The position numbers and the translations under genes are program-made. DNA of 63,363 bases, filler included, from Folioceros fuciformis (Eukaryota): the NCBI GenBank assembly GCA_049999805.1. It is 11 parts of 11 records of this genome, joined end to end, with 100 filler letters (N's around TTAATTAATTAA, not from the genome) between each part and the next. Parts side by side here need not be neighbours in the genome. Positions count along the whole stretch, not along the records: positions 26,211 to 43,594 come from JBNGIO010001556.1; positions 43,695 to 51,541 come from JBNGIO010001557.1; 9 more parts are not named here. One strand, written 5' to 3'. This document shows, piece by piece, positions 35,122-46,961 of the stretch (position 1 is the first letter of the stretch; each line of letters opens with the position of its first letter). Under the pieces are notes generated by a model. The model was given only the letters and a program-made list of their open reading frames with translations. It had not been told where the DNA came from and searched no databases.

Positions 35122-35636
35122 GTGCTGTCCAGCCGCTAAGTGGTAGGTCTGTGAGCTGAACGCTTCATGCATAGTAGTGATAAATGTCTTTCTCGAAGTA
35201 AACAAGGAATCTGGGTCGTCAGTGAGCAACTGGATCTACTTCAGAATCAGGACACTTCCAATCGCTAGTACAAATTCTGCCAAGTGGAACACACATAAGG
35301 GACCACAAAGCTACATGCCCAGTTTCCATCGAGAGTGTCTGCAACTCAAGGCGACGGCCCACGACACGTACCATGTTAGGTTGGTTAGAAATGGAACATT
35401 TCGGTTCTTGCTACTTCCCTGTCACTTCATCGGATCATCATAAGAGTGTCCAAACTACCATACTCCTAAAAGCTGCGCAAAGCAAGTCCAAGGTGCAGAC
35501 CGAAAGAATCTTGCTTCTTGGTGGAGGGGCTGCCATTTGGTCACCCACAGTACCAGGTGTCCTGGTGGAAAAATTTAGGATGGACGACCAAGCGGTTCAT
35601 CTGGGTCCATTCCTCTCGGAACTGGTATTCGTCAGT

Positions 35637-35716
35637 CAACACATTTTGTCATGAGCCTGTTACCGCCTGCTTCAACACATCTTGTCATGAGCCTGTTACC
35701 GCCTCAATCAACACCT
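35637..35716. repeat. About 37-bp tandem duplication in the P5CDH 3' region
   Basis: caacacat.ttgtcatgagcctgttaccgcct x2. Confidence 0.8.
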
Positions 35717-35788
35717 TGCCCTGAACATTAGGGCCTGGAGAATTGTATTGTTCTAGAGCGCTCCACTGTCTCCTGAGACTCAAGTTCC

Positions 35789-38700
35789 TCACGAGCTTGG
35801 TGGTGTGGTCCATTCAGAAGGCACAGGCCCAATATCCTGGATGATTTCTCGGTGACACGACCAAACCAACTTGATGGCCTCAGGTGTCCCAATCCCAGCG
35901 GCTCTGGGATCTCCAGCTGGTCCAAACCTACACAGAAGGGGCCCACAGAGAACTCAGCCAGCCACTGAAACATCTAAAGAAGCCAACGAACTTACACACT
36001 AGGACCAGGATACTAACCAATGATTCTGTGGAGCTCCAGTTGTTCGGGCGCGGATTCCGGCATAAGTTGTACCATTGACGGTGTTGGCCAGGACTTCCTG
36101 AGGGGTGTACAGTAGAAAAAAAGAGTCAGATGAAGCCCTTTTTTCTAACAGGCATCGACAAGGCTGTCAATGGAAGTACCTGCAAGAAGTGGGCGTCGTT
36201 TGAAACGACAGCTGCTGTCAGATGAGCATGCATTCTTTCGCATGCCTCCAGAACAAGTGGTAGATCCTCCTGCTTGTATTCAGTCAGGACCTATATCATC
36301 CAACGCATCTGGTTGTCGGACTGTTTGCATCGAGGGCCAGAGTTGCGAGACCCTATGGCAGCGTCAAGATCCAGACAACCCACGCACCTGGAAGGGGCCG
36401 AAGATTTCCTTCGTGGCAAGATCGAAGTTTTCAGTTTTCAGCATCTCCTGTAGAGGTACAAACACAGCTGTCGGTTCCAGGGCCCCGTATATGTTAGGAA
36501 TGCGGTGGTTCTTGAGAGGATTTCCACCGAACTCCACCCTAGTATCAGGAATCTTCAGTAGATTGTTTATGTGATCGATCATTCGTTCGGTGGTAACCTG
36601 CGAAATGGATGATCAGCATAGCCTGGACAGAAACAGTATAACGGACACGAATAATAGAAGTCAGAAAATGACTCAGGCCGTGAGATTTTACAGTCAACAC
36701 AGGGCCGACGGTAAGATCGTCCAGTTTCCTCCTTGCAGCCAGGTGCCTCAGCTTATTAACGATGCCTGCTGATTTCCAATTCTATTGGTACACCAACCAA
36801 AAGGACGTACGTAAGGGTGACTTCACAATACCCTTCAATGGCAAATAGAGAAAACCCAAGCGCTGGTTGCAAAAAACCCCATTTACTGACCTCGTGGATA
36901 AACAGTAGGGACTGAGCAGAACACTTTTGACCGCTGCATGCGTATGCATCTTGGTCGCAAACCCAGGCAACATAATCCTCCTGCCATGCAATCAAGGACT
37001 ACTTGTCATTTTCCGAAGGGTTATATTCAACGGCTTGCTTAACAATATAGACACCTGTGCCACATCTGGGCCAAGTATTTTCCAATCAAATCCCGCATCT
37101 TCCAGCTTAACCCGGCCCTTAAGATCCGTGGCCAACTTATCTGCCACTTTTGAGCTTCCAGTGAAGAGCGTCATTTGAGGATGGGCCTGCTCGAGATAAT
37201 CCAAAACCACAGTTTTTCAAATTTAGTGCTTTCAGCAAATCCACTTTACTCAGATGATGCAGCCTCCATCTCTCAGTTACATACCTCAAGCAACAGCTGA
37301 TTCATTGTAGCCCCATCAGAATGGACAAGCTCTACATCATTAACCGGCAGCCCACATCCATGGAGGAGCCTTAGCATTTGCTCCATGACCACACTGACCT
37401 GGATATTAAACACAGCCGAGATCCAGAGGTCAATTGACGATCAGGTTCATCAGAGGGGGCAGGCAATTAGCAAATGCCTTTTTGAAACCAACCTTGCTGT
37501 CAACTTTGAGAAGCACCTTGTTGCCCATATACAAGGCACCCATGAGCTGCAGAACAGGAATCTCCAAAGGAAAGTTGAACGGAGTGATTATTGTCACCTG
37601 CTCCAGCACATTACTCGCCTTAGACATGGCCAGGACATCCGCTTCTCTCATTCACTTGCTTCATGTCAACTCAAATGTTTTGATTAGCTGGTTGGATTTC
37701 ATACCGGCCCATAAGGCCACCGCAATCCATTGCTTGTTTGTCCCTGATGATTCCCAGCAACAGCAAAAGAGCGGGCCAAAAATCTAACCTACAGGACGCA
37801 GACAGCAACTTCAAGGTTAAAAGCCACACCAAAACAAGTACACGTTGTGGTGATTCAACTTGGTGGCGCCTTCCATACGGTACACACAAGGGCTCACACC
37901 GAGAAAAATACCTGATCGCCTGAGAAGTTTTCAAAGAACTTCTGGGTAACAGTGACTTCCCCAAGAGCCTGGACATAGCTCTTCGGTGAAACTCGTTGAA
38001 TCAATCTGGTAAAGAACTCAGAGACCTGTTCCCCAGGCCAAGAAGCACGCATTAGTCCGTAGGAGTGAGTGAGACAGTGCTAGTCAGAAATGAAGTAACA
38101 AAAAGCACAAACATCGAGAAGGGAAGGTACAGCAAAAGAAGTGGATCGCACCTCTGACTGCTTCAAAGCATGTGCAGCGTTTGTGGACACTTCTCCATAA
38201 AGCAGGTACCTGACAGTGCAAAGTTAGGCCTGACCAAAGGACACAGCTCAGGCCCAAAAGTTTCAGGTGCGATCGATCACGTAGGGCTCTTCCTAACCTT
38301 TCAGGGTTTTTCAACGGATTGTGAAGGCCAGACTTTGGACAAGATTTGAGGCTCCGAACGAAAGGCTGGAAAACAGGGGCACAAGCATGCTTATTCCCAA
38401 ATTCCAATGCAATCCAATGCAGAAACAATCCACGGAGAGCGGGAAAAATGGCAGGTACTTACTGCAATTTCCTCCAACGAGGTGTCTGGAACTTTGATGA
38501 ATTGTTGTCCATTCAGAGGATCGGGCACGTGAGTCCAGTTAGCGGTGCCACACCACTTCCCATCAACTGCACAAGGGGAAGTGAGGTGGCGTTAATTGGA
38601 CCACAAGACTCCTGAGGGTCACAACGCCAACCCACCTGCCGATCCCGAAATATAGAGCAATTGGCCAACTTTCACCTAGATTATAGATGTGCGCAGGCCG

Positions 38701-38977
38701 AGAGCCCGACATCTCTTGAGGATCCAACGTCGCAAATGACAGACTCGAAGACAGCCTGCACGCAAGACTTGAGGTCGTGCAAGGACTTCACAAATCGGTT
38801 GCTCCCACTTGGAAAGCGAAAAAAAAAAAACGCGCACCTCGAGGTCCCAGATTGTTCAGCACTCTCCTGGAAAGCGCACTGCAGACCAGAGCTGCTACTC
38901 AGCATGCGAAGCACTCGGACATTGCTTCGAGTGACCAGACACAAGAACTGTCGCTGCATCTTGTGCGCCCCCAACAT
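35789..38977 (-). CDS. ALDH12A1: Delta-1-pyrroline-5-carboxylate dehydrogenase, mitochondrial (multi-exon)
   Basis: DPLNGQQFIKV, ITPFNFPLEIPVLQLMGALYMGNK, LFTGSSKVA, LEDAGFDWKILGPD, DAYACSGQKCSAQS, KEIFGPFQ, GTPEAIKLVWSCHREII; many short GT-AG introns. Confidence 0.95.
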
Positions 38978-40167
38978 CTTATGCCTCCACTTCCCTAAGC
39001 GAGCCGAACACAACCAGACATAAATTCCTTTGCCACGCTCTTCAAAAAATCCAGCTGAGCAACAGGACACACTAATGCCCGCCCCCAAACTTCCCATCCA
39101 CTTCCTCCCAGGCACCACCAAATACATGAGAGCACAATTCAACAGAGGAGGGGAATGGGGTCCCAAACCGTACCCGCCAGCAGCCGATGGCAGGAATTTG
39201 AGAGAGAAGGAACACCCGAGCTGCAGGAAAGTCAAGTCTTTACATACACTCGATTCACAAAGCGAGCTACAAGGAACGCCTTCGAGGCGAGCCCGGTGCG
39301 GGAGAAGAGGAAGAAGAAGGAATCGGAATCGGCAGGAATTTGATGCAAAGGGAGCAAGCTCGGCCCGAGGCTACGAGGCGCAAATTCCCCAGCAAGCGAG
39401 GAGCGAAGGTTCTACGAAGACGCCCCGCAGACGCGCAGCTACAATTGGAAGAAGGAAGAGCGCGTCTGGGCTCGCAATCGCAATTGCTGCGCATTCATGT
39501 CTGGCAACAGGAGCGGCAGGAACGGACTGCACACACAGCTGCACAGACAACGACCGTCACCGCTCTCATCCATTTGTCAAGAGTTTGTACAGAAAACACC
39601 AGATTCCATTAGGTAACTAATATACCAATATCATTTTAATATGGACGGGAAGGTCGCTTGAAGAAAACAATCGGGGAAAAGAACAAGACAGCATTTTGTT
39701 GCTGTGGATGACCTCCTTGTTGTATGTGCCTTCCAATTTAGATGATCGTAAGAGTCGATCTCACGGGATGATCGAGTGGAGAGTGTTCTGTGCCTTTCTC
39801 TGGCAACATGATCCGAGCAACGGGCCGGTCTGCGGCGACAAGCTCCCTCACATCATCTCAGAAAACGGAATGTGGAGGTCTCTATTTTAATTATATTAAT
39901 TAATCATTTCTTGTAAGGTTCGCCAAGAAACGAATGGCATCGGACTGAGGATGCCTGAAGGAGGGAACAACAAAGGGCCAGGCACACATGAGGAGTTACA
40001 AACTGCAAATAGCAAATTGATGGCCATGTAATCCGGTTCACCTTTGAAACATAAGGAAATCTCTGGACAGCTGGATTGCATGCAAAGCAAAAGCACGAAA
40101 GAGAAGTGCGGGGACCAGGGATGGAGAGGGTCGGAGGGGTGAAAGGCTTAGCTTGAGGTTAAGGTGT

Positions 40168-40317
40168 TTAGGGTTTAGGCTTAAGAAGCCTGAGGTATTT
40201 TCAACATGGCAGGAGCTTGGGTGAGAGGCCGGAGGGGAAAAAGGATTAGCCAGAGGTTAAGAAATTTAGGGTTTAGGCTTAAGAAGCCTGAGGTATTTTC
40301 AACATGGCAGGAGCTTG
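40168..40317. repeat. 52-bp direct repeat x2 starting with telomere-like TTTAGGG
   Basis: tttagggtttaggcttaagaagcctgaggtattttcaacatggcaggagcttg at about 40168 and 40265. Confidence 0.85.
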
Positions 40318-40724
40318 TGTTGAAGAGCGAACAGAAGAAACAGTAGAGGTAACCAACCAGTTTGGAGCAGAGAGATACTCGCAACAAAGAAGATGCATAT
40401 GGGGCCAAACTTGGTGCAAGCCACTTTGATAAGGGAAGTTTTGTACATGAATAGCTAGAGCCAGGATTGAGCCCTTATCTGATATGGGCATTGTTGTCAT
40501 TGGTTCTGCACCAAAAACGATTTTGTGTCCATACCATGTACGTGTATACACGGTTGGAGGCAGCAAATTCTGCCGGATCCTCTACGGCATGTTCCGATAT
40601 GGTGAGGCCATGGCTTGAGCTTGCTATGATATAAGTAGGGCTAGTCCTGAAGCCTTATGGTGGCAGGGTGATGTGATGTTAGCAACGTTTACAATAATTG
40701 CTGACATATTATTGCTTGCTGGCC

Positions 40725-41393
40725 ATGGAGACCCGACTGCACGCAGCGCCAAACAAGACGCAGGTGTGTTTTGTGCAGAATGACTGGGACGAACCCTCAG
40801 CTAATCACTCATGCACAGATAGCACACTTTGGAGCAACTTATCGATGGACATCGTGAATCTTGTGTTGGAGCAATTGCCTTTGCGCACAATGTTGCGGTT
40901 TCGTTCTGTGTGCAAAGATTGGAACCGCCTACTGTCGTCTGATGCGTTTCTGGAGCAGTGGAAGCGAAATCGCGTGGTTCCTTTGGGATTCTACCTCTCT
41001 CAGAGTGAGAAAAGAGAACTAACTTTGCCTTCGTCGGGAGTGGGCTCGCACAAGTTTCAGTTCCCTTTTTCGTCAGTTTGCCCTTGTCCTTGTCTGGCAG
41101 CTGGAGGTTTGATCTGCTTTTCTGGAGGATTGGTCTCGAAGCATACCACATCTAATTATCGGGAGCCATTGATGATTTGCAACCCGCTAACAGGAAGTTG
41201 GCACAGGTTGCCCAACCTATCCTACGCTCAGTACCGAGTGGTAGACGGCTTTGGAAACTGGGTGGCAGTGATTTCTTGTATATATCTAAAGGTAAACCAT
41301 GATTCCAAGACCTATGCGCTACGCGTTCATAGTTCTCGCGTCGAGGAGCAGTTTCAGTACGCATGCGGCACTGGAAACGAGTGGATGTTGTGA
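40725..41393 (+). CDS. F-box protein (possibly C-terminally truncated)
   Basis: LWSNLSMDIVNLVLEQLPLRTMLRFRSVCKDWNRLLSS; AAGGLICF; ICNPLTGSWHRLP. Confidence 0.8.
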   Translation: METRLHAAPNKTQVCFVQNDWDEPSANHSCTDSTLWSNLSMDIVNLVLEQLPLRTMLRFRSVCKDWNRLLSSDAFLEQWKRNRVVPLGFYLSQSEKRELTLPSSGVGSHKFQFPFSSVCPCPCLAAGGLICFSGGLVSKHTTSNYREPLMICNPLTGSWHRLPNLSYAQYRVVDGFGNWVAVISCIYLKVNHDSKTYALRVHSSRVEEQFQYACGTGNEWML

Positions 41394-42559
41394 GTCCTGT
41401 ACCTTCGAAGACTCACACTGAGATTGTTCACCAACACCGCCAACTCTTCAGAAACACGGTGTGGCACCAAGTGGAGGACAAACGGGTTGAATTCACAGTA
41501 CTTGTTGACTGGCAAAGTGACTGCAGAAATCTCTTGATTGAGATTAGGAAGGATCCTCTGTCTAGGCCTAAAACTCAGACGCAGGGTGACCTCACATTCA
41601 GAATCTCCGACGAAGGCTGTACTGCCATCACGAGGTCAGGTTTATAGACGATTACCTTTACATATATCTCATTCTTAATAAGCACAAGGGAGGTAAAACT
41701 GTGAGGGCTAAATTGATGGTATTGATTTTCTACCACGTCATTACACAGAGGTACACTAAATGGTCGATGGATATTAGCTTTCATGCCTGGGAAGACTGTG
41801 TTTTCACACTTGATCCAAGGGCTAGCCAAATTGCCTTGTGAGGTAGAAAGGAAGTGTTGTTGCGTTTGTATGCACGGATGTGTTCTATCTTGTTGTAGGT
41901 TCCTGGAGGTCGAAAGGAGGAACTTTTTGGTTTGTAGGCACGGATGTATTCTAACTTGGTGTAGTTAGAAAGGGGGAGGTTTTGGGCTTGTAGGCAAAGA
42001 GAGACCAGACCTTGGCTACTCTTCGGGGTTGGGCCGGGCCTTCTCGTATGTGAAAGTTTCGTCAGTTATGTTAGGAGCTTCTGGATGTTGGGTTCAGGGA
42101 TTAGAAGCCATGCGGAAGCATGCACAGGTATTCTATGCAGCATAGCAAACCGGTGACTGTCGCTTCTTCCTCGACCCTATTTCACTTCTACTAGTTTTCT
42201 TCCTAACAAAGTATTTAAAAGATTTAGATTTTTGTGGTCTCTTGGTATTTGCAGGTCTGATCACCTAGCATCTGGAGGTTTGATTTGCTTCTCTACGAGG
42301 GTGCCGTGTAAGATAAAGGCTCCGTTGTGGAGAGGGATAATTTTCCGTTGTCGATTCTTCACAGACTGGGAAAAGATATCTTAACAAAGAGGTGCTCCAA
42401 AATTCCGATCTTCAGCAGCGTCTTACGCCAGGATCTTGACCCATTTGCGTCTGCAGAGGACGAGCATATTCAGATGACGGCGATATAACATTGAGCTCTT
42501 GTATCTAACATGTGCTCAAATAGTGGCAGTTCGAAAAGAAGAGGTCCAGAGATCGTCTT

Positions 42560-43594
42560 GTCGTCTTGCCAAAAGGTGTGCGTCACTTCTTGGGCCGTAA
42601 AGTAGAAGGCGGCATAAATTGCTGTGAACCCATGGATTCAAATTTCTTGCGACCTTCATAGATCAGTCACTGATGACTGCAGCCTGCTGGAAGGCAAGTC
42701 AGAGTAGTTGCATTCAGCCGGACATCGGGAAATAATATCTCCTTAAAACCAGCTACTGCCTCGTGACCTTCATCACAAGTACCATACCCAAATGTCAGGG
42801 CATTGCATGTCACCACCACCTTCTGTGTTATTGCTGTGGAGAACCCAACGTGCATCTTCGCATACATGTCCACCAGGCAGGTGCTCAACCCTACGTCCAG
42901 CAGTTCCCTTTCCACAATCTGCGCATGTGGCTGCCTGCCCTTCTGTAAGGAATCAGTGTTCGAAGAGGCCTTCAGAAGGCAAGTAAACGACATAGTTATC
43001 CAAGATGAGGGCCCTTGCTCCATTTCATCAGACACAGCAAGAGCCTCTTGGCCGAGCCCTTGATGTGCATACCCGGCAATCAGTGCCGTCGGTGTCATCA
43101 CATGCTTTGTGGCAAACTCTACAAAAACCTGGCGTGCATCTTCCAGCTCACCACATTCTGCATACATGTCCACCAGGGAGTTCCCCACCACTACGTCATC
43201 CATCAGCCCTCCTTGCGACAAACTTTGCGTGGAGTTGCATGCTCTTCTGCAACGCACCAGTGATTGCACAGACCTTCAGAAGGCAAGAAAAAGTAACATT
43301 GTCAGCCGAAATGAGGCTCGCCTCCTCCATTCGTCTACACACGAATGGCGCCTCTTGGCCGCGTCCTGGCTGTGCATGCCCAGCAATTACCAACAATCAG
43401 GGCCGTGACACCACCCAATCAGCAATCCAAAAGTCCACCCCGGTTTCGAGTGACCAGGCCAAAGAGGCGTCGCTTCATGCATATGAAGCATGCCTGCCTG
43501 GCCTTGTGACTGGAGATCTTCCACAGACATCTTTGTGTGCAGACACTGCAGGATTTATGTCACCTGCTCGTAAGAAGTATCCGGGGGATCCGAT
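42560..43594 (-). pseudogene. Degenerate PLS-class PPR pseudogene
   Basis: NSLVDMYAECGELEDARQVF, TALIAGYAHQGLGQEAL, CLVDMYAK with frameshifts and deletions. Confidence 0.85.
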
Positions 43595-43694
43595 NNNNNN
43601 NNNNNNNNNNNNNNNNNNNNNNNNNNNNNNNNNNNNNNTTAATTAATTAANNNNNNNNNNNNNNNNNNNNNNNNNNNNNNNNNNNNNNNNNNNN

Positions 43695-43870
43695 TCTAGC
43701 ATGGTGTGCACCACGGATTTGAAGGGTAACCCTGCAAATCTAGCATGGTGTGCACCACGGATTTGAAGGGTAACCCTGCAAATCTAGCATGGTGTGCACC
43801 ACGGATTTGAAGGGTAACCCTGCAAATCTAGCATGGTGTGCACCACGGATTTGAAGGGTAACCCTGCAAA
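43695..43870. repeat. Perfect 44-bp tandem repeat x4 inside a Copia LTR
   Basis: tctagcatggtgtgcaccacggatttgaagggtaaccctgcaaa at 43695, 43739, 43783, 43827. Confidence 0.95.
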
Positions 43871-46800
43871 TCTCAGGAGCACATCTATACGTGGTATCTT
43901 CCCTAAACTTCAGCAGGTTAATTGCGCTGTGATTGAGGGCATCATTTGCAGTTGGAAAATCTCCTCCAACACTCCCACTCAATGCAAATTATGAAGTGCG
44001 TGAGGCCACTTCCCAAATTTGCATGAGGCCCAGTCAGTCGTTTGCCTCTGTGAGGCGCAGGGCTGTCCTTAACATGCCATAGCGCTCTTTTCGAAGGCCC
44101 TTTGTGAGGACGTCGGCTAACATGTTTTCGATGCTACAAAACTTCAACTCCACCTCTATCCCAAGGTGCTCTCAAATGAAGTGAAATTGGATTGATACGT
44201 TTGGTCCTCTTGTGATGTTTTGGATTTTTAGCCAAGGCCATGCTGCTCTGGTTGTCGGTGTAGATGACTGTGGCCTCTTCTTTACCATGGCCCAAACTTC
44301 TCAGCTAGTACCTAAGCCATGTGGCTTCCTTGGTTGCCTCCGCCAGTGCCATGTACTTCAATCATGTTGTGGAGGTGGCCATAGACAGCTGCTGCCTGTC
44401 TGATGACCAGCTCACGGGCAAGCCTCCTAGTAGGAACACCATACTGGTAGTTGAGCAGCGGTCATCCAAGCTCCCTCCATAGTTTCCATCACTTTAACCC
44501 TCCACAATTGTGGGTAAAGAATTTGCTCGCCTCCCACCAAGGAATAGTTTGTGCTCCTTTGTCCCTTGTAAGTCGCGAAGGATACCTTTACCCAAGTCCA
44601 GTGCTGCGTCCCGGGGTTTGCCGAGAACTTGGCCACTAATCATGTTGTGTAAGCAATGTTAGGTCGCATCTTTAGGGTGTACAAGAGTTTCCCCACTCCC
44701 TTTTCGTAGAGTGGCTTGAAGATGGTGTCTCCTTCAACCTTGTTTTCCTCTGCCTTCCACACTAGTTGTGTTTCTAGCTCGAGTGGTGTTGTCACCACCT
44801 TGCGGTCTGCCATGTGAAGCTCCTCCAAGGTTTTCTTGATGTTTGTACTCTGGTCCAGCCACAACATCCTATTTAGTCGATCGTGGGTGATCCTCACTCC
44901 TACTATGAAATCTGCTTCTCCGAGGTCAACCATCTTGAAGGTTGGGCATAGCTCCCACGTAACCTGGCGCATCAAGGTAAAAGAATTGCTGATTATCAAT
45001 AGGTCATCAATGTATATGGCGATCCATACCTACAAGTCCCCGTCTCCAAGCGTGTATACTTCGTGATCCGCCTTACTCTATTTGAAGCCTAGGGCCTTTA
45101 GAAGAGTGCCGAGGTTGAAGTACCACCTTTGTGCGGCCTTCTTCAAGCTGTAAAGAGCCTTCCTCAACTTGCAGACCAGGTGCTCTCCCCCACGCTTCTC
45201 AAACTCTTCGGGCTGTGTCATGAAGATTGCTTGCTCCAAGTTGTTGTTGAGCAAAGCATTGCAGACATCCATGTGGTGGATCTCCATGTTATCGATTGCT
45301 GCTAGTGCCAGCATACATTGAATCGATGTGAAGTTTACAACGGTTGAGAATGTCTCGTTGTAGTCTTCCCCATATTGTTGGTTGTAGCCCTTTGCGACCA
45401 ATCGTGCTTTGTATTGCTCGATGCTCCCATCTCCCTTGTGCTTCAGCTTGAAAGTCCACTTGCTGCTAATTGGCCTCCGTCCGGGAAGAAGTTTGGTTAA
45501 GTCCCAAGTCCGGTTCTTGATCAGCGTGTTGTACTCGGCGTGTATGGCCTTCAGCCATTTCTCCCTATCTTCTACTTCGAAAGCCTCCTTTAGGGCTCTT
45601 CCTCCGCCACACACTTCAATGCCGAATCCATGCTTTCTAGCATCTTTAAGGACGGCTTCCAGGATCGTCTCTCCCATCCTATGGCCAAGCTTGTGTGGGC
45701 AGGTCGTGTAGCCTGACCGTGCTGTTCTCTCGTGCTTCTGTTGGCATGAGGTGCTACTTCTCTGTGGGTATCCCTGTCTCAAGGGTCCTCCTCCTCGCTT
45801 TGGTAAGTACTTGGGACCAATGTGTTTGGCTCTCCTCTAGTCCCCAAGTCTACTCCTATTGCCTGATCTCTTGTTGGTACGGGGTCGATGTGCTCTGATG
45901 GGTTCTCTTCGAGCATGCCTTGCAGCAGTTCCCCGCTTGCTAAGAGTGATGGGGGGCTGCAATTCTCCTGATTGTGTTCCTTGCTCTTGCTTCTTGTCTC
46001 AAGACTGTTGTAAGATAGCCGGTATAGTTTGTCATCCCCAAGGATGGATTCAGCAACCGTATCACTGCGTGGGTTCTTGATCACACAGCCTGACCTCTTG
46101 AATGCCACTTCCAAGCCTACAGCTATGAGCTTGCACATGGACAATAAGCTCTTAGTGAGTCCTAAGACAAACAACACTCCTCGTATTACAATCCTTGATG
46201 GGTGTGTTCCGTGAACAAGGGGTAGCATAATCCATATGTCTCCCACTACGATGGTGAGTTGAACAAAATCATCCCCCATGCGAACTTGCTTTGGTGAAGC
46301 ATCCTCTCCGTATGGGTTGTGTGCTCCCATTGCGCTTGTGTGTACCGATGCTTGTTCGTCGTTGTCCTCCCAGGCTTCCAAACTCTCCACTGTTGCCATG
46401 AAGGCGCCTTCGACGTGGCCCTACCCCTCCTCCACGGTAACCACCTTTGCCTCATGGGAATTAGATGCTTTGGTTCCCTTTCTTGCCTTGAGATTTGCTA
46501 CCTTTTTTCGGCAGTCTCAAACCCTATGACCGACCTCGTCGTAGTAGGAGCACTTAAATGTGGATGGACTCGATCATGAGGCTTTGGCCCTTTATCGCCT
46601 CATATTTTGCTGCTACTCCTGAAGTTCCCATGAGTGATGAATGCTGAGTCTTCTCTACCAGCTTGTTTCTTCCCTTTCTCCTTGCGTTGAGCTACCTCAT
46701 GCAACAATATTGACTAAACAAGTTCTTTGGTTAGTGTGTCGCCTTGTGACTTTAACGTGACCGTCAATGTCTTGTAAAAGGGTGAGAGGCTTGCAAAAAG

Positions 46801-46961
46801 CAAGATGATGAGAACTTTCTTGTTGAAGCCAGCTCCGACAGCTTCCAGTTGCTCATTTAGGGTCTCCACCTTCACCAAGTGCTCTTCCATGTTGTCTTCT
46901 TCCCCCATTTGCAGTTTGACTAGTCGTTTGACTAGGATGCAGGATCGATAGAGGAGCATGG
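43695..46961 (-). mobile_element. Degenerate Ty1/Copia element A (gag-PR-RT-RH, integrase core absent); 3' LTR begins at 43971
   Basis: RT motifs KNRTWDLT..KARLVAKGY..HHMDV..LRKALYSLK; PPT TTGAGTGGGAG followed by TGTTGG; many stops and frameshifts. Confidence 0.85.

Noticed and set aside
35121..35789. P5CDH natural-antisense pair like Arabidopsis P5CDH-SRO5
   Set aside because: The convergent neighbour has no SRO/PARP features and transcript overlap cannot be seen from DNA.
39030..39620. 196-aa plus-strand ORF
   Set aside because: Low-complexity Arg-rich translation of the P5CDH 5' region; no domain evidence.
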